A stretch of 57,808 nucleotides of DNA, the filler included, from Sphacelaria rigidula (taxonomy: Eukaryota), in the NCBI GenBank assembly GCA_964200075.2. It is 7 parts of 7 records of this genome, joined end to end, with 100 filler letters (N's around TTAATTAATTAA, not from the genome) between each part and the next. Parts side by side here need not be neighbours in the genome. Positions count along the whole stretch, not along the records: positions 1 to 8,173 come from CAXNAA020012030.1; positions 8,274 to 16,446 come from CAXNAA020012031.1; 5 more parts are not named here. The stretch is one strand, 5' to 3'. The position numbers and the translations under genes were made by a program. Below, one piece after another: positions 1 through 10,341 of the stretch. The first letter of the stretch is position 1. Every line of letters starts with the position of its first letter. The notes below the pieces were generated by a model. The model had not been told where the DNA came from. It saw only the letters and a list, made by a program, of their open reading frames with translations, and made no database searches.

Positions 1-59
1 GTCGTTCTGTTTGTCCCCTCTTGCTTTTTTTTTTGCTGTTGTTTTCCTTAGAGCTTCTT

Positions 60-131
60 TCAGTCTCATTTTTGTTGGGTACATCTATCACGAGACCACG
101 GCTGGACCCCTGGGGGGTCAGTTCAAGTGCG

Positions 132-165
<34 letters not shown>
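60..165 (+). mobile_element. Probable 3' end of a non-LTR retroelement with (CAAT)8 tail
   Basis: T-rich UTR-like sequence ending gggggtcagttcaagtgcga, followed directly by (CAAT)8 at 133-164. Short tandem-repeat tails are typical of LINE/SINE 3' ends. The 5' boundary is uncertain. Confidence 0.45.
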
Positions 166-324
166 TGCACCTGGAAGTAGATTGGATTAAACTTTCGGTC
201 TTCCTCCTGACCCTGCGGTTACATACGTGGGTTTTCAGCAACATGAAACCACTGTTTCGTGCAGGCGCCAGACACGTCATTCCAAACCAGCCTCATTGGT
301 CGTTCTGGATGCCCGGTCCCTGAA

Positions 325-376
325 GGGTTGAGGGCCTGTGCGATCATAAGGACCTTTGCTTATGGGACAGAGGAAG
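325..376 (+). mobile_element. Right end (TIR plus subterminal sequence) of a mariner/Stowaway-like element
   Basis: gttgagggcctgtgcgatcataaggacctttgcttatgggacagaggaag aligns by eye with the right end of the mariner at 29607-29656 (gttaagggcccgtacaaatttaggtacctttacttatgggacagaggaag). Confidence 0.7.
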
Positions 377-384
377 TGCATTAG

Positions 385-3300
385 TCGATCATATTGGAAT
401 ACTGCTAAATATTGCCGGTGCACTATATATGTATATATATATATATATATGTATTGGTATCCTTGGACTGCACACGCATTGCGCGCCCAATATACATGAG
501 TGTCGTGGGATTGCGAACATATTACCTGCCCAATATATACATATATATATATATATTGGTTCCGTGGAATTGCACACATATTGTCCCATCAATATATATA
601 TCAGGGTCGCATAGGTGATAACATATTGACCGGTGAACATATATTGGGGAAGCGTGGGTGCGAATGTATTACCCGGTCAGGGTATCAGTACAAGTACATA
701 TATCGGAGAAGCGTGTGTTCCAACATATCACCCACCCAGTATCCATTGGGTGGGCGCATCGATGTCGAGTGCACGTTCGTTCCACTGAACCATATAGTCC
801 ACGTTCTGTGCTTTGCCACGTCCCGGAAGTCATGCGGTCCAACGAATCTCTCGGCGCAATTCAATACGTAAACAATTAAATATTTTGTTGGCTTGCAGGA
901 TATTGTTACGAGAGCCATTTCGAATTATCCCAAGAAAAAAAAGTAGGCGAAAGTGTTGCGTCGTCTCTGCGGGTTATTTCCGAGTAAGTTTTTGAGAGAA
1001 AATGATCTGATTTATTTGTTGCCTGACCCTTTGGCTGTGAGGTGACCTTGGCTGATGAATCGTCATCACTCTTACTTGTAACAATTCCATAACCCAGGGC
1101 CAACAAACAAACCAGGGGCGTTGGAGGCATGTCAAGCTCGAAGTTCCTGTATTTTTCACTGCAAATTGCTCTTGAATACACCGGAAGCCTCGAGTTTTGA
1201 GATACCTCTGTTGTGTACAAGCCAGTCAGCTCTCAGGGCATGTACTATTTTGTGGCTATCAGCTGCAAAAGTCGTGAATGACAACCAGCTGCCCACGGAG
1301 AAATATTCATCTGTGGCTCCCAGCTGTCCACGGCAAAACATGTGTCTGTGACTCTCTGCCCCCTACGAACACACAAATATCCGACCTCCCTGCCTCCACG
1401 GCATAGTGGAAGAGCAAGGTGACCGTTTGCGGCAAACAGACGTGCAAAAACAGTAGAAAATGGACGCGGTTTTGAGTAAAACTGGTCGGCCGACCGCTAG
1501 TGGCGCGTACTGTGTTGGCGCGACAAGGTCAGACGATGTGGGCAGTTGTGGGATCTTGCAGTGGTCGAGGGGCAATGGCTGTGCCGTCTTGCCGCGTCAA
1601 CCGGTTGTGGCAACAACCCGTGTACCGGAGGCCGTCAAGACGGCAATCGCCAACCTCGAAGGCCATGCGACATTTCAAGTATGGTGTACGCCAAAATACA
1701 AATCCAGGCGCGATAGATACGGGAGCCCATGCAGATTGGGAAACGCTTGACAGGAAGCTGCAGAAGTTCGCATGCATGGCTACGGATAGTTACCGAATGA
1801 GATCGATACATATGTTGGCCAGAAAATATGGTCGCGGAAGAGGCGACCCGGTATATATATGCCTTTTGATATTGTACCTATCTGGCCACCGGTGCGGGGC
1901 CGCCCACCCCCTTCACAGTATGCAGTATATGTTGGCTAAATGGTACGACCGCATGAAACGCGGGTCGACATGCGCCCTTTGGTACCCCTCTGGTCACCGG
2001 TGCTGTGTTGCTTATACCCTTGATGATACAAAATATTCCAATATGATACCAATACTTCTTGTTGGAGACAGCGCAAACATTTTCCTCTTAATATATGTTG
2101 CGTGGAGATGTCCTGGGAGATATTGAAGCAACGATACAAATTTCTCGTGTCCTGATCGTCAAGTGATGCATGACAAAAGATATTTGCTCCGGGAACTGAA
2201 CATTCAATATTTATTGTGCGTACCGGCCGTGTATGTATTGAAGTCTCACTATACATGGAGTCGAAGCGATGCGTAACATGTTGCTGCCATGACATGAATG
2301 ACACACAAACCATGCAGAAGTACTGTTTTTCCAACATGTATTGCGCACGCTCATCGCATAGCTAATTCGCAACCGATATACGAAGGACACGCTCACGGAG
2401 GAATATATATATATGGCGTTTTTTCGGCATCTGGTGATACATCTTTCAATGCCGCCCGCTAACATGAAATTGCCCATCGCACCAATTCCTATTAAAATAT
2501 ACACTCTCCAATATACAGATTGAATGGTTGAATCATCAATATGTATAAGTAGTGCTACACCAATATGTGTTACGACCGTCGGTTCCCTCGTGTATTGTTC
2601 GCCCAATATCTATTGGAGGCATTGATGAACGCATATTGGGGCGGCAGTATGTATTGGCGCTTCGGGTGTTGAGTATATTGAATCGTCAATATATGACCTC
2701 GTGTCGTGGCCAATACACTACTGGACAAATATACACTGGCGCCTTACCGCACCAACATATTACTGGGCCAATATATGTTGAGGTAGCGCGTGTCGTGATA
2801 CTTTGTTCAGTCGATATATATTGCATGTCGCGAGCCTTTGACATAATGATGACACAATATATATTGACCTGTCTCCCGTGCCATCACATGGCTCGCCCAC
2901 TCTATATTTTGACCAACCGACGCGTCGACATATTGTGCGGGCAATATATATATATATATATATATATGGTAACGGCCAGCATACTCCCCCGATCTCTGCC
3001 CTACATCTAACACGCAACCATCGATGCATATCAGATTTGTCACACCTATGCCGTAATCGAACGTTACACTACCCCAGAACGTAACATCGCTACTGTTGGC
3101 GAACTTGCCTCTACCTGCTGTCGAATCCTTCTTCTTCAGGTTGACCAGTTCTCCCATCGTCAATGCCCTGAACGGCAGCCTAGCACCTATCGCTATGTGT
3201 AGTTCGTATATTGCGATTACGGCATAGGTGTGACAAATCTGATATGCATCGATGGTTGCGTGTTAGATGTAGGGCAGAGATCGGGGGAGTATGCTGGCCG

Positions 3301-3515
3301 TTACCATATATATATATATATATTGCCCGCACAATATGTCGACGCGTCGGTTGGTCGAAATATAGAGTGGGCGAGCCATGTGATGGCACGGGAGACGGGT
3401 CAATATATATTGTGTCATCATTATGTCAAAGGCTCGCGACATGCAATATATATCGACCGAACAAAGTATCACGACACGCGCTACCTCAACATATATTGGC
3501 CAATACATATTGTAC
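385..3515. repeat. CAATAT/ATATTG motif-rich region with (AT)n tracts, probable transposon-derived sequence
   Basis: Dense dispersed CAATAT/ATATTG motifs at about 390-900, 1800-2130 and 2300-3515; (AT)n runs near 425-450, 533-556, 2944-2967 and 3306-3322. Confidence 0.6.
2767..3501. repeat. About 290-bp near-identical inverted repeat with a 154-bp spacer
   Basis: 2767-3059 is the reverse complement of 3214-3501 apart from a few substitutions and (AT)n length. The ORF track shows mirror peptides (2878+ vs 3389-, 3029- vs 3211+). Confidence 0.95.
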
Positions 3516-4699
3516 TGTCCAGGGTGCGCATGAGATACAAGCTCATTTCCGTTCTCGTTCCGTCCGGTGCCATATTTCCAAAACCTTCGGCCCAGGCGGT
3601 GATGTGCAAAGTACCTTTTTTCTAGGTTATTCAGGCATGTAAGATGACCGGACCCCCCCCACAAGCCCGCAGATATACCAAAGACTGTCATGTATGGTTT
3701 TCATCTTTAGTTTATTGCCCCCCTCTATCGTCTACGCGACCTGGCCCTCCCTTTTGCATATCCGCTGTCGAACTCGCTCGGCCTGCCCGGAATTCCCTGA
3801 CATCGTTCTTTGATATCAGCCATTGCGCACAAACGACGCGTGAACAGACAGGAACATGTCGAGTTGTTCCTTGCAAGAAGCACGCTCGTTTTCCATCATC
3901 CATCGATACTGATACCCTCTTCTTGACCACAACACCACGCCCCTCAGCTGTTGGGAACGTGTGTATTGAACCTCCATTTAGCATTCGTGACGTTTCAGCT
4001 CGTATTGAGGTTTGTTGGTTATATGATGATTATGTTCGGCGCACTGCGGGGTGTTTCACTAATGACAGGGTATGAGACTTCCATCCGCCGGATTTGCCGC
4101 CTATAGAGGTTACCCTCCTTGGATTTACCGCCCGTAGAGCTATGCCTTGGTGATACTGAATCAAATACTTGTGCATCTATCGCAAACGCTTCGCATGGCT
4201 CGCGCACGAGGAAGGGAGCAGAATTACTGATTGTTCGCGTTATGTACCAGACCTCGAAACATAACAGGCCTTGAAATAATCTGTTCTTGCCCATCGCAAT
4301 GTGTGTGCCAAATACGCTTGTGCGATGCTATTTTTAGTCTACGAACTTGGCAGAAGTGACTGGACGAACTCATAGATCGATTTGTAAATATCGCGGTGCT
4401 CAGCCTGTCACTCCAGCACGTACATTTTGCTTCACCAACTTCAAACCCACGCTTGTATGACTTGGTGGCGCACCGCTCGCGTAAATCGTGCTTTGTGGGA
4501 TACGCCTACGTGCATGGTATTTTTGCCTGAATAAGGCAGTGCTCGTTGTTGCAAGATTTGTGCGGTAGTAGGAGCTCCGTTCATTTTGCCAACCATTTTC
4601 AACACTCTTTCAGCTGTGGTCCTCAATCCCGTCTCCGATGTTCGTGACACATGTGTACGGCGAAACAATTTGTCCTCGAAGTACTACGCGAGGGAGTTC

Positions 4700-6025
4700 A
4701 TGGCTGACGTGGGAGTGCATGCCTGGCCGGGGATGGTGAATGTTGCTGGCAAAAGGTGCAGCAAAGAGGGATGCATGACTCAACCGTCGTACGGGGTGGT
4801 GGGTGGTACAAGAGCACAAGCGCAGTTCTGCGCCAAGCACGCCCTGGCGGGAATGGTGAATGTCGTGGGCCCCGTTTGTAGCAGAAAAAGGTGTTTGAAG
4901 TTAGCGTATTTCGGGGGGAAGGGCAGCTCGAAGAGGGATCGTTGCGCCAAGCATGCCAAGGTGGGGATGGTGAATGCCGTGCACAAGAAGTGCGGCGACG
5001 AGAGCTGCTCCAAGGTGCCGTCGTATGGTTTAGCGGGAAGCACGAAGCCGGAATTCTGCTCCAAGCATGCCAGGCTAGGAATGGTGAATGTGGTGCACAA
5101 GCTGTGCGGCGAAGATGGTTGCCCCAAGTATCCGTCGTATGGTGTAGCAGGAAGCGCGAAGCCAGAGTTCTGCTGCAAACACGCCAGGGAGGGAATGGTG
5201 AATGTGGTGCATAAGCTGTGTGGCGAAGAGGGGTGCTCCAAGTATCCGTCGTATGGTGTAGCGGGAAGCAAAAAGGCGGAGTTCTGCTCCAAGCATGCCA
5301 AGGTAGGAATGGTAAATGTGGTGCACAAGAAGTGCGGCGATGAGGGTTGTCCCAAGTATCCGTCGTATGGCGTAGCGGGAAGCAAGAGGGCGGAGTTCTG
5401 CTCCAAGCATGCGAAGGCAGGAATGGTGAATGTGGTGCACAAAAAGTGCGGTGATGAGGGCTGCTCAAAGCATCCGTCGTATGGTATAGCGGGAAGCAAG
5501 AAGGCAGAGTTCTGCTCCAAGCATGCCACGGTGGGAATGGTAAATGTGGTGCGCAAGGTGAGCGGCGACGAGGGCCGCCCCAAGCATCCATCACATGGTA
5601 TTGCGGGCAGCAAGAAGGCGGACTTTTGTCACGAGCATGCCAGGACGGGAATGATGAACGTCAGGAACAAGCCGTGCGCTGACATTGGATGCTCCAAGAT
5701 TCCGCTATATGGTGTAGCGGGAACTAAGAAGGCGGAATTCTGCTCCGAGCATGCCACAGCGGAGATGGTAAATGTGGTAAACAAGTGCGGCGACGAGGAC
5801 TGCTTCGAATTTCCGTCGTATGGTGTAGCAGGAAGCAAAAAGGCGGAGTTCTGCTCCACGCATGCTAGGGCGGAAATGGTGAACGTGCTCAACAAAAGGT
5901 GTAGCCAAGAGGGCTGCTCTGGAGAGGGCAAGAATGACGTCACGGGCGCGGGTAGAGCAAAGTTCTGCCGACAGCATGCTTCTAAAAAGCCTGTATCAAC
6001 GAGTACTCAACACAGTAGAGCTTGA
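4700..6025 (+). CDS. EsV-1-7 domain (Cys/His-rich, about 38-aa tandem repeat) protein, intronless
   Basis: 11 units of pattern C-x4-C-x16-C-x2-H-x12 (e.g. KKCGDEGCPKYPSYGVAGSKRAEFCSKHAKAGMVNVVH) plus a leading partial unit. The M(V/M)N ATG recurs at 4733, 4853, 4967, 5081, 5195, 5309, 5423, 5537, 5651, 5765 and 5876 (114-bp period, one 120 and one 111). This matches the EsV-1-7 repeat of Ectocarpus siliculosus virus-1 and the Ectocarpus IMMEDIATE UPRIGHT family. First ATG is 4700, alternative 4733; the ORF track starts at TTG 4586. Confidence 0.9.
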   Translation: MADVGVHAWPGMVNVAGKRCSKEGCMTQPSYGVVGGTRAQAQFCAKHALAGMVNVVGPVCSRKRCLKLAYFGGKGSSKRDRCAKHAKVGMVNAVHKKCGDESCSKVPSYGLAGSTKPEFCSKHARLGMVNVVHKLCGEDGCPKYPSYGVAGSAKPEFCCKHAREGMVNVVHKLCGEEGCSKYPSYGVAGSKKAEFCSKHAKVGMVNVVHKKCGDEGCPKYPSYGVAGSKRAEFCSKHAKAGMVNVVHKKCGDEGCSKHPSYGIAGSKKAEFCSKHATVGMVNVVRKVSGDEGRPKHPSHGIAGSKKADFCHEHARTGMMNVRNKPCADIGCSKIPLYGVAGTKKAEFCSEHATAEMVNVVNKCGDEDCFEFPSYGVAGSKKAEFCSTHARAEMVNVLNKRCSQEGCSGEGKNDVTGAGRAKFCRQHASKKPVSTSTQHSRA

Positions 6026-7532
6026 CACTGGGGTCACCGCCTCCAGGCATTCCCCGACAGGGGGTGTCGGTTGTAGCGTTGCTGATGTACGGGGAGCGAA
6101 ACGCAACCATGCAGAAGTCTCCGATTCCGGTGCAAGTGATGGTGTTGGTGCTTGCCTTAGTACCCGTACCGGCATCATGCAGGGTGGTGCGATGCCGACG
6201 CTGTTTTTAAATAAGTCTGGCTCAAGGATCGATGATGTGCCCCAGGAGGCATCGATGGGGGGCGAGAGTAGAAGTAGAGGCGATCGTCCCAGCACCTGGC
6301 CATGCCAATGATGGGGTGAGGGCGTGTGGCGATCAGGCGGTCCCTCCCGATGGTTGGAGCAGCGTTGGAACTAGTTGGAACTTCAGTGACAGAAGTAGCG
6401 AGAGTGCGGGGCAGCTCCGCGCCTCGCCAACGGCGGTGTCTGAACACCTTGGCGCAAATATTTTGTAAAGTCTGGAGAGGCAGAGTAGACTGGAAACGTG
6501 CCGCTGGAGCTGGGCGTCCCTACTTAGTCTGCTGTGTTGAACTATTTTGTAGTTGCTGCCGCGGAACACGGTGTATATGCATCACCTGTACATTGCGGAT
6601 CGCTTCCTCGCTGTATAGCACCCGCTTGCGATGGACTTGTTGTTTTGCATAGTTTGGGCACCTTACCTTTACCGGCAGTACTGCACCTGTGAACGTTGTA
6701 TTCACCACCCCCCCCCCCCCACTCCCCTTCCCCCGCCATAAATACTACTGCCGGTTACGACGTTTTTGTGCTCCTGGATTGTGAGTTTTCGGACCCGAAA
6801 CTTGTCACCCGGAAGCCGCACTGTGTTATTGTATATATACAGTCTTATCTCATTTGTACCAGCCGTGCTGTTATTGCCCTGGTAAATCTGCCCTAGTAAC
6901 GTATCAGTGCTTCAAGGAGCAAGTGATGGGTCCAATATTGAGGTCACTGATACGCTTTCCCAGCTGAAGAAGTTCAGAAAGCCGTTATTCCCAACACCGA
7001 TGGTATTATCGCAGCCGGTGTGGACGCGGTGCACCAACCGGCTAGCTCGCAACATTCAGCATGAAAAACGAGAATCTAGATAAAAATGGGGGTTCTTCAC
7101 AAACAAGATTCGAGTGGACAACCTGAATTCCGAGGTTCATCTTGCAAAAGTACCGCGCGGAAGTACTTCAGTGTGATGTACCGTCTTTCGAATGCTCAAA
7201 CAGCGACAGACGGTAATAATCGTACTACATGTTGTTGGGGTATCCGCCTGGATGAGTCATCGATGCCATCTGTTGTACTGTTACATGTATTATGATCATG
7301 CATCATGACTGCCGTAAAAGTGCGCGCAAACGCGGAGGTGTGCGATCGATGTTGTAATGTCTACCTTGGGATTATAACACGCAGGGATGTGATATCCCCG
7401 ACACGTGTGATCCGTTAAACTGAATAATCTAGTTTACAATTACGACGCACGCCCCTGTGCCACATCTCCGACACGCGCGATACTGGAAAACCCCACGAGC
7501 TGGGCCAGCCTAGAGGTGGATTTGAAGTTTGC

Positions 7533-7812
7533 AGGCCCATGCTCTTTTATACATTCAGAGTTGGGCCCTGAAATTTGGTATGGACAAAGCATAGGGCATA
7601 AAATAAAATAAATACTTGGGTACCAAAATATTCTTTTTTTTCTTCATGAGTTGAGGGCATTTTACTGATACCTGAAAACCGACTATTGCCCTTAACTCAT
7701 GAAAACAAAAAAAACACTTTTGGTACCCCAGTAATTTTTTTCTTTATGCCCTATGCACTGTCCATAACAAATTTCAGGATCCAACTCTAAATGTATAAAA
7801 GAGCATGGGCCT
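7533..7812. mobile_element. Foldback/MITE-like imperfect palindrome
   Basis: aggcccatgctcttttatacattcagagttgg...catgagttgagggca (7533-7659) pairs with tgcccttaactcatg...ccaactctaaatgtataaaagagcatgggcct (7687-7812). A second, more degenerate related hairpin follows at about 7891-8100. Confidence 0.8.
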
Positions 7813-8173
7813 ATCAAAAACCGGGTCGGTAAAAATTCGGAACAGTATTTCGCAGGCCACTCACCGGCCCACGTTTGGTTTTCGTATATTGAAATTTGGT
7901 ATGGGCGCTCTCTAAGGCATATTCAACAAGAACAAATGGGCTAGGTCGATTTTTTTCAATTTTTTCACTGGTTTAGGGCGTTCTACTATGGTGAAAACCA
8001 TTTTTCACGAAAACGCCCTAACCTCTATTTAAAAAAAAAAATGGAGGCCCATTTATTTTTATATATTCGGCACTCTTTTGTGGTTCTCCACACCAAAATT
8101 CGTCGCCATCCGCTAAATGCATCGATCGGGAGTTTCATAGAGATTCTAGTGTGTGTTGTCGTCCCATTTATTC

Positions 8174-8273
8174 NNNNNNNNNNNNNNNNNNNNNNNNNNN
8201 NNNNNNNNNNNNNNNNNTTAATTAATTAANNNNNNNNNNNNNNNNNNNNNNNNNNNNNNNNNNNNNNNNNNNN
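8174..8273. other. Artificial contig linker (N44-TTAATTAATTAA-N44)
   Basis: 100-nt spacer with stops in all six frames; identical copies occur at five other positions. Confidence 0.98.
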
Positions 8274-8489
8274 GGTCGGGGGGGAAGAGGGTGGCGGGTG
8301 TGGGGGGGGGGGGGGGGGGGGGGGGGGGGTGCTTGGATAAAATGAAACCGAGCTTTGGACCTTGACGCTTGTACATGTGCATATATGCATATGAGCTCGA
8401 AGATCCTATGATACTCGTAGGTTCGAGATCGTCGGAGAGATCACTTTAACTGTTTGTTCCTCGCATTGCTGACTCCTCCGCCCAGGTCG

Positions 8490-8856
8490 TTCGTCGCGAG
8501 CAATGACTCGTGTACTCGAGTCAGTTACTTCTCCACCGCGAGCAATGACTCGAGTGCTCGCGCTATTAATTTTTTCCACGACGAGCAATGACTCAAATGC
8601 TCGTCCTATTAATTTGTTTCACAACGAGGAATGACTCAAGTGCTCGCCCGACTGATTTTTTCCATAACGAGCAATGACTCGAGTACTCATCCTATGATTT
8701 TTTTCCACAACAGTGACTCGAGTGTCCGTCCCATCGATGTTTTCTTCAACGAGCAGTGACTCGAGTACTCGCCCTATTAATTATTACGGCCAACGAGCAG
8801 CCCAATGCGTGCGAGTGCCACGAGTCACACTCGTGCTCGTCCGACGTGTGAAAATC
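8490..8856. mobile_element. MITE-like element with about 40-bp internal tandem repeats
   Basis: About 7 diverged units of acgagcaatgactcgagtgctcgccctattaatttttt, ending in ctcgtccgacgtgtgaaaat. Same family as 50822-51079, in the opposite orientation. The left end is not resolved. Confidence 0.7.
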
Positions 8857-8997
8857 TCCACATGCGTATGACCGCAGATAGCACGTAATACTCATACGTT
8901 AGCTTGTGATACCGCACAAGTTAGGCGTCAAATATTTGTTGTACGTTGTTGCATTATTTGAAAATACAGTATATATGTATATACGTCCGTGGTCCAC

Positions 8998-10341
8998 CTG
9001 GTCATGTTGAGCAGCAGCACTCCTGTCGACAAGTCGATTCAGGTAGTCTTGCGCATCGTCGGTGGGCATAAGAGCCTCCGTCGTCCCGTTGAGGCGAAAT
9101 GTCATGAGTCCATCGTTACTCCCACCCTCCTGCCGCACCTTCACCCGTGGCTGGTCATCGACCAACACTAATTCATCGGACGACCACACCACTTTCACTG
9201 ATTTTCCTTGGAGCTGTCGCTGCCGCTCCCGCCGATGCTGACGTCGCTCCCGCCGATGCTGCTGTCGCTGCTGCTTTTGCTCTCGCCCTTCGAAAACTAC
9301 AAACCCCTGCTGCCGCTGCTGCTCCAGTTGCCGCTGTTGCTGTTGTTGCTGCGGCGGCTCTTCTGCGCTCGGTCGACCATCGCTCACCTTATCTTTGGGG
9401 ACGTTCATGGTAGCTGTGGTGATGGTTGTAGTACCACTACCGCTTCCAATTTCACCAATACTATTCCTTTTACTGCTATCGCTACCGCCGCCGCCGCGGT
9501 GCAGCGACCAATTCGGGTTCCTCTCCGCCTGGTCATCCTTCTGCTTCCTCTTCCTATCCGTGCGGGTCTCGACATCGACGTGAGCTGTGAGTTTCATATC
9601 GATAGTCCCAACAACAGACCTGGCAGAACCAGCAGCCTCCCTTTCCAGCTGCGTGCTCGCTGCTATTCCTGTTGTCGATGTCGCAATGGTGGTTTCACCG
9701 GTACTTGTACGCTGCTCTGCTGGGCCTAGAATTGCCAACGACGGTACTTGCTCACCCTTGATTTTATCGCGATGTGTCGTCAACTCCCGTTGTTCCGAGA
9801 TCGAAAACGCTGCAGCCGCTGCAGCTGCCGTCGCCGTTTGTTCCTCCCCGAACAACGGCAAGAATCCTGCATCACCACTATTCACCCCGCGGTGCTCACT
9901 AGCACTGTCGGTGGTGCTCATGCTGCTGCTACTGGCTGGGATCGCGGGAGCAGCTGGCCCGTTACCTGTTTCCGACCCCCTGCTGCTCTTTGGAGGTAAT
10001 CGCTGTGGTACGTGTGCGGTCGACGGCAAAGATAATACCGCGGATTCCCGGTCTTCATTCGCCGCCGAAACGCTCGGTCGAAGTTGAACAACGGGACTAT
10101 CGTTGTGTTCCTCTGCCGCGGCGGCGGAACTTGCTTCTCCTGCTGATATATCCCACCTGGCCGCAGCTGCAGCTGCTACTGTTACTTTTGCGGCGGTGGC
10201 AGCGGCAGCGGTGCGTGGCTTCTCTTCTGCTGCCGATTCTCTGGAGAGAGATACTTCGGTGGCTCGCACAACCAACACGGACGACCGATTCAGGTGAAGG
10301 CACACCGATAACGCAGAAGCGAGTTTGGCAGAAACGTGCAT
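8998..10341 (-). CDS. Large exon of a hypothetical low-complexity (Ala/Ser/Thr/Gln-rich) protein
   Basis: 491-codon open frame (8899..10374). First ATG at 10341. Candidate donor CAG|GTGGAC after 8998, where the sequence turns AT-rich. Contains poly-A, poly-Q and poly-T tracts; no recognised domain. Confidence 0.6.

Noticed and set aside
1030-1360. Minus-strand decayed ORF with TGA-rich stops as evidence of CpG decay
   Set aside because: Five stops in about 110 codons is what random sequence gives, so it is not supportable without homologues.
277-3691. Many short ORFs with YIYIYI runs
   Set aside because: They are translations of (AT)n tracts and mirror images from the inverted repeat.
4698-5977. 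Long antisense ORFs (298 aa, 277 aa and others) over the EsV-1-7 array
   Set aside because: These are shadow frames of a GC-rich tandem repeat.
4586-6025. Integrated phaeovirus genome
   Set aside because: No NCLDV core genes or dense intronless gene packing lie nearby, and EsV-1-7 repeats also occur in many host genes.
8490-8800. CRISPR-like array
   Set aside because: The spacers are homologous to one another, the repeats are degenerate, the context is eukaryotic, there are no cas genes, and the array is part of a MITE.
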